Positions 36,921-44,094 of a stretch of 44,094 nucleotides of DNA are shown piece after piece; position 1 is the first letter of the stretch, and each line of letters opens with the position of its first letter. The notes under the pieces are model-generated. The model ran no database searches. It was not told the origin of the DNA and saw only the letters and a program-made list of their open reading frames with translations. The DNA comes from an uncultured Candidatus Binatia bacterium (GTDB lineage Bacteria; Desulfobacterota; Binatia; UBA9968; JAJDTQ01), in the NCBI GenBank assembly GCA_965213675.1, contig CBDCAF010000017.1:1-44094 (forward strand), read 5' to 3'. The position numbers and the translations under genes are program-made.

Positions 36921-37733
36921 ATGGCCGAAGACCCCAGAAGCGGCTTCACCGAGGTTCAGGGCATCCGGATGCACTACCGGGAGTGGGGCGACCCTGCGGA
37001 CCCGGACCTGCTGCTGGTCCACGGCTGGACCAACTACAGCCTGGGCTGGGCGGGAGTGGCCGAGCACTTCGCCGGCCGTTACCACGTGGTGGCGCCGGAC
37101 CTCCGGGGCCACGGCGAGTCGGACAAGCCCGTGACGGGCTACCGCCTGCGCGACTTCGCGGAAGACGTCCACCAACTCATCGCCAACCTCGAGCTCGAGC
37201 GCCCGGCCTACGCCGGCCATTCCTGGGGCGGGAACATCGGCACCATGCTGGCGGCGGACCACCCCGAAGACATCTCCCGCGCCCTCCTGGAGGACCCGGT
37301 CTACTGGCGCATGCAGCACGCCTTCGTCACCGCCCTGCCCGGCGCCCTGGCGCGGCTCGCGCGGCCCGAGGAGGAAATCCGGGCCGAGGCCAGGGAGCGC
37401 GGACTCTCGCCGGAGCAGGAGGACTGGGAGGTCTACCGCAACCGCCATTTCTCGCCCCACGCCCTGACGCGGCTCCTGACCGACAACCGGGACTGGGCGC
37501 TGGCGTCGGAGGAGCGCCTGCGGCGCATCCAGGTGCCGACGCTGATCCTGGTGGGAGACGCCACGGTGTCGCCGCAGCCCGGCGCCATCCTCGCCCAGGA
37601 ACTGGGCCATCTCAGGAGCATCGCCTCGCCGCAGGTTGTGTTCGAGTTCTGGGAAGGCATCGGCCACATGATGCGCGGCACGCGGCCCGAGGCCTACAAC
37701 GAGCGGCTGGAACAGTGGCTGGCGGGAAGCTGA
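36921..37733 (+). CDS. Alpha/beta hydrolase
   Basis: LLVHGW, DLRGHGES, GHSWGG nucleophile elbow, C-terminal GH; GGAGG RBS. Confidence 0.92.
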   Translation: MAEDPRSGFTEVQGIRMHYREWGDPADPDLLLVHGWTNYSLGWAGVAEHFAGRYHVVAPDLRGHGESDKPVTGYRLRDFAEDVHQLIANLELERPAYAGHSWGGNIGTMLAADHPEDISRALLEDPVYWRMQHAFVTALPGALARLARPEEEIRAEARERGLSPEQEDWEVYRNRHFSPHALTRLLTDNRDWALASEERLRRIQVPTLILVGDATVSPQPGAILAQELGHLRSIASPQVVFEFWEGIGHMMRGTRPEAYNERLEQWLAGS

Positions 37734-37747
37734 ACTAGCGGGGCTCC

Positions 37748-39175
37748 TTGCCCGACTCTACACCACCACCAACCCGGACCTGGTCTAACCCGACGCTGCT
37801 CATCGCAGGGTTCAGCGGCTTGCTGGCGTCTTCGGACACGTCGGTGAACATCGCGTTCCCGGCCATCACCGCGGCGTTCGACATCAACCTGTTGTCCATC
37901 CAGTGGGTGGTGGTGAGCTACGTGCTGACACACGCCAGCCTGCTGCTGGGCTGCGGCCGGCTGGCGGACATCTTCGGCCACTGGCGCATCCTCACCATCG
38001 GCCTCCTGATCAGCGCCGTGGCGTTCGTGGTCTGCGGCTCCGCCCAGACCTTCGCCTGGCTGCTCATGGGGCGGATACTCCAGGGGGTGGGCGTGGCGCT
38101 GGTGTTCGGCGCCGCCCCGGCGCTGGTGACGCTCAGCGTCAGCGGCGACGAGCGTGGACGGGCGCTGGGGTTCTACCAGATGAACATGGCCACCGGGTAC
38201 GCCATGGGTCCGCTGTTGGGGGGCGTGCTGGTGGACGCCTTCGGCTGGCGCGGCGTCTACTTCTACCGGGCGCTTCCCGCCCTGGTCATCGCCTGGTTCA
38301 CCTCCCGCCGCGTGCACTCCGTGGAACGCGCGGCCTCCCGCGAGCGGTTCGACCTTCTGGGGGCCGTAACCCTCACCCTGGCAGCCGGCGCGCTGCTGCT
38401 GGCCATGACCCGGAGCCGCGACCTCGGCTGGACGGATCCGGAGGTACTCGCGCTGGCGCTGACCGGGGCGGTCAGCTTGGTGGTCTTCCTCGTCACCGAG
38501 AATCGGGTGGCCGCGCCCGTCATCAACCTCGACCTGTTCCGCTGGCCGGCCTTCACCCTCGCCAACCTCCTCACCCTGGCGGCCAACGCCACCCGGTTTC
38601 CCATCGGCCTGCTGGTCCCCTACTATGCCGTAAACATCCTGGGCTATCGGGGGGTTGTGGTCGGCCTGCTCCTCTTTGCGCCCGCGGTGATGACCATCTT
38701 CGCCGCCGCCTTCGCCGGCCGGTTGTCCGACCGCATCGGCACCTCCGGGCTGAGCTCCGCGGGGTTGGCCGTCCAGGCCGTGGGCCTGTGGCTGGCCAGC
38801 GGCCTGGACGCAAGCTCCGACTACCCCACCGCGGCCATGTCCCTGGCCCTGGTGGGCCTGGGCCTCGGCACCTTTCAGGTGCCCAACATGAGCTTCGTCA
38901 TGGGCGCCATCCCCCGCGAGCACCAGGGCGTCGCCGGCAGCATCAACCAGATGATGCGCACCGCCGGCATCGTCTTCGGCGTCACCGGCGCCAGCCTGAT
39001 GTTCGAACGCTGGCGCGTCGCCCACGTGGACCTGGGAGAGGTGGCCGCCTTCGTGACCGCCTTCCAGCTTGTCTTCATGACCGCCGCGGTGCTGTGCGGC
39101 CTGGCCGCCGCGGCGTCGCTGTTCCGCCGCCGTGGGAAGAGGGACGGAGCCCAACACGGTGACAACAAACAGTGA
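37748..39175 (+). CDS. MFS transporter (14-TM DHA2-like)
   Basis: DTSVNIAFP, WVVVSYVL, GRLADIFG, GRILQGVG, GPLLGG, GRLSDRIG. Confidence 0.92.
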   Translation: MPDSTPPPTRTWSNPTLLIAGFSGLLASSDTSVNIAFPAITAAFDINLLSIQWVVVSYVLTHASLLLGCGRLADIFGHWRILTIGLLISAVAFVVCGSAQTFAWLLMGRILQGVGVALVFGAAPALVTLSVSGDERGRALGFYQMNMATGYAMGPLLGGVLVDAFGWRGVYFYRALPALVIAWFTSRRVHSVERAASRERFDLLGAVTLTLAAGALLLAMTRSRDLGWTDPEVLALALTGAVSLVVFLVTENRVAAPVINLDLFRWPAFTLANLLTLAANATRFPIGLLVPYYAVNILGYRGVVVGLLLFAPAVMTIFAAAFAGRLSDRIGTSGLSSAGLAVQAVGLWLASGLDASSDYPTAAMSLALVGLGLGTFQVPNMSFVMGAIPREHQGVAGSINQMMRTAGIVFGVTGASLMFERWRVAHVDLGEVAAFVTAFQLVFMTAAVLCGLAAAASLFRRRGKRDGAQHGDNKQ

Positions 39176-39239
39176 TTCAGTACAACGGCCGGGTGGCCGA
39201 CGAGTGCGAGTCAAACACCCGTCCCCAAGGCTTCCGGGG

Positions 39240-39791
39240 TCATGCCAAACCGAGCACTTTCAGCACCGCCGCCAAGCCCTCGTCGCGACGGCAAACGCGC
39301 CGCAGATCATCCAGACCGAACCGCTCTGCCAAAGCGCGGGGCGAGGCAGGTTTCCGATACTCCGGCCATAGCCTGCGAAGTTCTACGTCGACACTACGGG
39401 CCGATAACTGACGGTTCTCGCAGCGGGGATGAAGACGGACCAACAGCCCTTCGATTCTTGGTTTGAGGAAAACAAGGCGTAGGCCTGCGCTACACGCGAC
39501 GGGTTCGGGATCGCGACCATGCCGCTGATCTCGACGCAAGCGGTCGGCGTCGAGCAGCACACAACCATCGGCAAACCGGCCATGTCGCTTCGAACGTTCT
39601 CGATAGCGGACGATTGCATCTTCCACTATCTGAAGGCAGTCCCCGCCGCTGCCGAGGGAGATATCGAGGTGCACGGGCTGTTTTAGTTGATTGCACAACT
39701 GCTGCAACCAAGCGGCGAATGCCCGTTCGCTCTCGCCCTCGGTCCCAACGAAGATGCGCTTGCGGGAGGGAATGGACGGAGGGCGCGGCAT
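39240..39791 (-). CDS. RloB-like protein
   Basis: IFVGTEGESERAF...LLDAD...PRIEGLLVRLH (TOPRIM-like acidic pattern); 3 nt downstream of the ATPase. Confidence 0.7.
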   Translation of the reverse strand: MPRPPSIPSRKRIFVGTEGESERAFAAWLQQLCNQLKQPVHLDISLGSGGDCLQIVEDAIVRYRERSKRHGRFADGCVLLDADRLRRDQRHGRDPEPVACSAGLRLVFLKPRIEGLLVRLHPRCENRQLSARSVDVELRRLWPEYRKPASPRALAERFGLDDLRRVCRRDEGLAAVLKVLGLA

Positions 39792-39794
39792 GCG

Positions 39795-41003
39795 TCAACC
39801 GAACGTGGGAAGTCCACCCAGAACGCCACTACGATATCGCTTGTGGAGGTCTTCCGTCCGGCGGAGGCCGTGCACCTGCTTCGCACCGTACGCCCGGGTG
39901 GCGCCATCCTGGCCCTTTTCGACGATGAAGAGTTCCTCCTTTTCAAGCTCTTCGAGGACGGACTGGTTGTGTAGGGAGCAGATCAACTGAGCGCCGTGGG
40001 GATTGGTCTCGGGACGTTGAAACCACCGCAAGACTTCAGCGACCAACTCCGTATGAAACTCGGAATCCAGGGCGTCCATGATCGCGACGTGACCGGTTTG
40101 GAGCGCAAAGTCGAGCTGGGGGAACACATGCACGAGATGACGGGTACCTGTGGATTCCTGGGAAATGACGACGGGCACGTCCAACCCATGATGATCGCAA
40201 AGCAGTATCGGCTGGCCGTCAGGCAACACGGCGATCCTCAAGGCCTGGATCCCGAGATCGAAACGCTGCAACCGATCGGACAGCTTGTCCAGCAACGCGG
40301 GGCGGTCCCCGTAGAAACGCGTCACTGTTTCGGTATCAGGTCGCCAAGGTGATGAACCAATGAGATTCCTTTGAACGTTCCCGAGATCCTCGGCAATCAA
40401 AGGGAACGGAGCCAACCCCAGACGCGCGAGAGTCGAGATTACCGACGCATTGGCAGGCACGGACGAGAGGCGGTCGTCACCGCGCCGTATTCCGAGGCCG
40501 CTGGCAACGTAGACCGGGCCGTCGCCACGCCGCTCCATCATTCGCCGAGGGCGCCCGTTGGGGAACGTGTGGAGCGTTTCGGCGTAAACCCTCACAGAGT
40601 TGAGGTCGGAACCGTTTCGCTCTAGTTCCAGGGTATACCGGCAGAGGGACGGTTCACCGGAATCCGCGGAAAACCACGCTGCATCGAAGTCCATTTCAAT
40701 CCGTGTTGGAGCGGCCTTCGCCTCCGAAGAAAGAAACGGGAGGAAGTAAGGGATGTTTTGGGACGCACCCAGATCGAACGAACGATGTGCAAACTCGATG
40801 GACTCGGTTATGGCCCGCAGCAATGTCGTCTTACCGGAGCCGTTGGGCCCTACGAAGGCGATCACGCCGGGAAGGCGAACGCCATTCCCCGAATGGGCTT
40901 GCCGGAAACGCGGCAGGTTGGGGCAGGTGCGGGGAATACGGAAATCAAGCTGCACTTCTTCGCGGATGGATTGGAAGTTGCTTATGCGACAACGGTGAAT
41001 CAT
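39795..41003 (-). CDS. AAA_21 / RloA-like ABC-type ATPase
   Basis: NFQSIRE, GPNGSGKTT, ESTGT signature, IMDALD (Walker B variant), QLICSLH, YRSGVLGGLP. Confidence 0.85.
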   Translation of the reverse strand: MIHRCRISNFQSIREEVQLDFRIPRTCPNLPRFRQAHSGNGVRLPGVIAFVGPNGSGKTTLLRAITESIEFAHRSFDLGASQNIPYFLPFLSSEAKAAPTRIEMDFDAAWFSADSGEPSLCRYTLELERNGSDLNSVRVYAETLHTFPNGRPRRMMERRGDGPVYVASGLGIRRGDDRLSSVPANASVISTLARLGLAPFPLIAEDLGNVQRNLIGSSPWRPDTETVTRFYGDRPALLDKLSDRLQRFDLGIQALRIAVLPDGQPILLCDHHGLDVPVVISQESTGTRHLVHVFPQLDFALQTGHVAIMDALDSEFHTELVAEVLRWFQRPETNPHGAQLICSLHNQSVLEELEKEELFIVEKGQDGATRAYGAKQVHGLRRTEDLHKRYRSGVLGGLPTFG

Positions 41004-41162
41004 ATGGGGATCATGACAGATATTCGCCTCGAAGGCAATTTAACTTGGCCCGCACTGATGATTAGAGGAGGTGACGTGAAATAGGACCGTGCATTCTGCG
41101 TTGACATCGCGAGCGCGAACACATAGCGTCCTGGAAATTCTTCACAAGGAGGCTGTCTTCCG

Positions 41163-41507
41163 ATGAGCATCGAACACATCAAACCGCAAGTCTGGAACAG
41201 TCGAGCCGTGGTGCACGGCGACCTGGTATACCTGTCCGGCCTGGTGGCCGACGACAAGTCCCTGTCCACGAAGGGTCAGACCGAGCAGGTGTTAGCCAAA
41301 ATCGACGAGATCCTGGCCCTCGCCGGCACCAACAAGTCCCGCATCCTCACGTCCACCGTCTATCTCGCCGACATCGACGCCAAGGACGAGATGAACGAGG
41401 CCTGGATGGCCTGGATCGACAAGGACAATCTTCCGGCCCGGGCCGCCATCGGCGTGGCGCTCACCCCGGGCACCCAGGTGGAGATCATGGTCTGCGCGGC
41501 GAAGTAG
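41163..41507 (+). CDS. RidA family protein (YoaB-like)
   Basis: SRAVVHG..VYLSGLV, QTEQVLAKID, MNEAW, PARA, VEIMVCAA; AAGGAGG RBS. Confidence 0.92.
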   Translation: MSIEHIKPQVWNSRAVVHGDLVYLSGLVADDKSLSTKGQTEQVLAKIDEILALAGTNKSRILTSTVYLADIDAKDEMNEAWMAWIDKDNLPARAAIGVALTPGTQVEIMVCAAK

Positions 41508-41588
41508 CCTCTTTTCCCCATATCAAGTTTCCCCGGGCCTGACCCGGGGTCCGGGGCCGGGACCCAGTGGCGGATCAGGGCAGCCATT

Positions 41589-41822
41589 TCAGCCGTTCGC
41601 GGCCGACCGCTCCAGCCGCTCCGCCAACCAGAGCTTGATGATCGATTGGCGAGTGACTCCGAGCCTACTGGCCTCCCGGTCCAGGGATTCGACCATCCAG
41701 ACCGGGAAATCCACGTTGACCCGTCGTTGTTTTCGAGCCGGACGACGTGCGGCAGGCAAATCGAGAGCGGCAGTTATGTCCTTGCCGGCGTCGAAGTCGG
41801 CATCAAATTTCTTCGCTCTCAT
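41589..41822 (-). CDS. CopG/BrnA-like antitoxin (ribbon-helix-helix)
   Basis: KKFDADFDAGKDI, RVNVDFPVWMVESLDREASRLGVTRQSIIKLWLAERL; GGAGG RBS. Confidence 0.85.
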   Translation of the reverse strand: MRAKKFDADFDAGKDITAALDLPAARRPARKQRRVNVDFPVWMVESLDREASRLGVTRQSIIKLWLAERLERSAANG

Positions 41823-41839
41823 ATATGGCTACCTCCACC

Positions 41840-41856
41840 GGTATAGAAAATATACC
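41840..41856. promoter_or_regulatory. Palindromic operator-like site upstream of the antitoxin
   Basis: GGTATA-GAAAA-TATACC in an AT-rich patch. Confidence 0.55.
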
Positions 41857-41857
41857 T

Positions 41858-42574
41858 TTATGGATCAGTCTTCAAGCTCGGTTTACGTAGCAAGGTAAGC
41901 GGTGCTTCGTCCGGCGCGATGCACTCGGGCGAGTCGTTCACGGGCGAGTTGACGGCCCGCGAGACGCAGTACCCGTCCATCATTTCGGCGGGGTAGGGTT
42001 TGAGCAGTGGTGACAGCGCCGCCGAGTCGGTGGTGGCGGGATCCAGCCACCTGACCTCATCCTCCGGGCGCAGGATGACGGGCATCCTGTTATGCACCGG
42101 CTCAACGAGGCTGTTGGGGCTCGTGGTGACGATGGTGAACGAGTAGAGGGGGGTGCCGTCGGGCCGGAGCCATCGGTCCCAAAGGCCGGCGAAGGCGAAC
42201 GGCTCGCCGCTTCTGAGGGTGAAGCGCATGGGCGTCCGGACGCGGCCTTCCTTGCGCCACTCGTAGAAGCTGTCGGCCGCCACCAGACAGCGGCGCCTCG
42301 GTAGCAGGTTCCGGAACGCTGGCCGTTGGGCCAAGGTTTCCGCTCGGGCGTTGATAATTGGCTTGGCCGCGTCCCTGGCGTGGTACGGCACAAGCCCCCA
42401 GTGCATCAGCCGCAGGGACCGCGTGTCCGGTGTTGCCGGGTTGACACCCACCACCGGCGCGTCCTGGCTGGGAGCAAGGTTATACCGAGGCGCCGGATCG
42501 AAGTCCGGCTCGTCGATGCCGAAGCGGTCCACTAAAACCTGCAACGTCGCCGTCTGTGTGTAGCGGCCGCACAT
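41858..42574 (-). CDS. SOS response-associated peptidase (SRAP, YedK/HMCES family)
   Basis: MCGRY N-terminus, RYNLAPSQ, INARAET, RRCLV.ADSFYEW, HNRMPVIL, VSRAVN. Confidence 0.95.
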   Translation of the reverse strand: MCGRYTQTATLQVLVDRFGIDEPDFDPAPRYNLAPSQDAPVVGVNPATPDTRSLRLMHWGLVPYHARDAAKPIINARAETLAQRPAFRNLLPRRRCLVAADSFYEWRKEGRVRTPMRFTLRSGEPFAFAGLWDRWLRPDGTPLYSFTIVTTSPNSLVEPVHNRMPVILRPEDEVRWLDPATTDSAALSPLLKPYPAEMMDGYCVSRAVNSPVNDSPECIAPDEAPLTLLRKPSLKTDP

Positions 42575-42972
42575 GGGATGACCGTAGTCCTATTTTGTCA
42601 TGTTTTTCGCGCCGTTGACGCACTGTCGGTCGAATCCGGCGATACCGTGGTCTGAAACCGCCACATGCCTGGCTTCGGCATACGCGTCGACGCCTCCGGA
42701 CGCAAGGTCTGGTGCGTCCAGACGCGCGGTCCTGCGGGCGGACGAGTCGCCGGAATCGGAGCCGCCGCCTGCGCGGTCCCCGCGACCTGACACTGCGTCC
42801 GGGCGCGTTGGTCCGCTTCGTTGCGTAACAGAACGTCAACGAACACTTCCCGTTTTCGACGCAACCGCATCATCGTGACGACACACTGACACGATACCCT
42901 TGCCAAGGAGAATCCGGGGCGAATGACACGGATCTCCGAGCCTTGTCCATGCTCGCAAATGGAGGTGGCAAC

Positions 42973-43857
42973 GTGTCGAATCAGAATGGAACGGCTGCGC
43001 AATTCTACCGCACGGTGTGGCTATCCGACATCCACCTGGGATTTCGCGGATGCAACGCCACGTCCCTGCTGGCCTTCCTCCGTTCGGTGGAATGCGAGTT
43101 TCTCTATCTGGTCGGTGACATCATCGACATCTGGTCCGTGCGAGAGCGGCCCTTCTGGCCCCAGGACCACAATAACATTCTGCGAACGATCCTCGGCAAG
43201 GCCAAATACGGCACCAAGGTGATCTACGTGCCGGGCAACCATGACGAGATGCTGCGGGACTACAACGGCATGGCCTTCGGCAACATCCGCATCGCGGACC
43301 GCATCGTCCACCGCAAGGCCGACGGCAAGCGTTTTCTCGTGATCCACGGGGACCAGTTCGACAGCGTGGTGCGTTCGTCCAGGGCCATCGCGCTGTTGGG
43401 CAGCCACGCCTACGACCTGCTGCTGGGCATCAATACCCGGCTCAACCTGGTCCGCCGCAAGCTCGGTCTCCCGTACTGGTCCCTGGCCGGCGCCATCAAG
43501 CACAAGGTCAAGAACGCCATGCGCTACATCAGCAACTTCGAGGCGGCGGTGTCGTTCGAGGCGGCCCGCCTGGGAGTGGACGGGGTCATCTGCGGACACA
43601 TCCACCGGCCCCAGATCATTCCATTGAACGACATCACCTACTGCAACTGCGGGGACTGGGTGGAGAGCAACAGCGCGCTGGTGGAGCATGACGACGGGAG
43701 CCTGGAGTTGTTGCACTGGCAGGACACGCAACGGATCGGGCAAGGCGACCCGGGAACGGCGCTGGAACCGGTACCGTTGATCGCCCATAACGGCGGTCGC
43801 CACCATCGCAACGCGGTGCTGGAGACGGTCCATACGTTGCGGGGTGACGATTCCTGA
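42973..43857 (+). CDS. UDP-2,3-diacylglucosamine diphosphatase-like metallophosphoesterase
   Basis: LSDIHLG, LVGDIID, PGNHD, IHGDQFD, CGHIH, NCGDWVES. GGAGG RBS before GTG 42973. Confidence 0.9.
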   Translation: MSNQNGTAAQFYRTVWLSDIHLGFRGCNATSLLAFLRSVECEFLYLVGDIIDIWSVRERPFWPQDHNNILRTILGKAKYGTKVIYVPGNHDEMLRDYNGMAFGNIRIADRIVHRKADGKRFLVIHGDQFDSVVRSSRAIALLGSHAYDLLLGINTRLNLVRRKLGLPYWSLAGAIKHKVKNAMRYISNFEAAVSFEAARLGVDGVICGHIHRPQIIPLNDITYCNCGDWVESNSALVEHDDGSLELLHWQDTQRIGQGDPGTALEPVPLIAHNGGRHHRNAVLETVHTLRGDDS

Positions 43858-43919
43858 GGTGACGTTTCGTACGGGGTAGTTGTTGCCGCACCGAATCAGC
43901 GGGCGGGCCAGCGTTGTCG

Positions 43920-44093
43920 TTAAACCGGCACCAGCAGCGCAACGAACCGTTTCGTCCACTCCAGCCATGTGTGTTGCCCGGCGTACGCGACGCAGTCGCC
44001 GGGATCCAGCTCCAGGGCGCCGAGCACCGCGGTGCGCAGGTCGCGGCCCAGCACGCCGGTCTTCCCGTTCCGGACCACGTCCAACGGTCCGGT
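43920..44093 (-). CDS. GT4 glycosyltransferase, 3' end only
   Basis: Read manually: TGPLDVVRNGKTGVLGRDLRTAVLGALELDPGDCVAYAGQHTWLEWTKRFVALLVPV*. Confidence 0.7.
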   Translation of the reverse strand, partial: TGPLDVVRNGKTGVLGRDLRTAVLGALELDPGDCVAYAGQHTWLEWTKRFVALLVPV

Positions 44094-44094
44094 G

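Noticed and set aside
35366-37738. 790-aa plus-strand ORF and similar long ORFs (14246-15850, 27480-28976, 31888-33348, 37694-39214)
   Set aside because: These are antisense or off-frame shadows of recognisable genes in high-GC DNA, with biased composition and no motifs.
41528-41570. GC-rich hairpin between the ridA-like gene and the antitoxin
   Set aside because: Single short imperfect copy; cannot distinguish a terminator from a repeat remnant.
42590-42940. Short ORFs between SRAP and the phosphoesterase
   Set aside because: No motifs or clear RBS; more likely a divergent promoter region.

Overview
GC-rich bacterial window with about 38 coding regions. The background is catabolic and transport genes: five amidohydrolase_2-type enzymes, enoyl-CoA hydratase, SDR, AKR, Zn-ADH, amidase, ChrA, YghU, MFS, AEC and a multicopper oxidase. 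Several visibly more AT-rich accessory inserts interrupt it. The main one is a ~9 kb island (~17.5-26.6 kb) with seven co-oriented genes: cysteine desulfurase (DndA/IscS-like), DndC, DUF262+DUF1524 nuclease (SspE/GmrSD-like), minimal SNF2 ATPase, ParB-like protein, ParB-HTH-only protein and MBL/beta-CASP nuclease. No dndB/D/E, dndFGH or sspB/C is present in the window, so this is a candidate new DNA-phosphorothioation-linked defence system. Other accessory elements are an AbiE-like antitoxin/nucleotidyltransferase pair, an RloA/RloB-like pair, an AAA_14-DUF4143 ATPase, and an intact IS3 element (3-bp GAT duplication) splitting a retropepsin-like protease. There are also decayed toxin or effector remnants (PIN, BrnT-like, HEPN-like), an IS481-like remnant, and a CGTCATTCC...GGAATGACG palindromic repeat family. 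No rRNA, tRNA or CRISPR array was seen. All family assignments come from motif recognition by eye, not from database searches.
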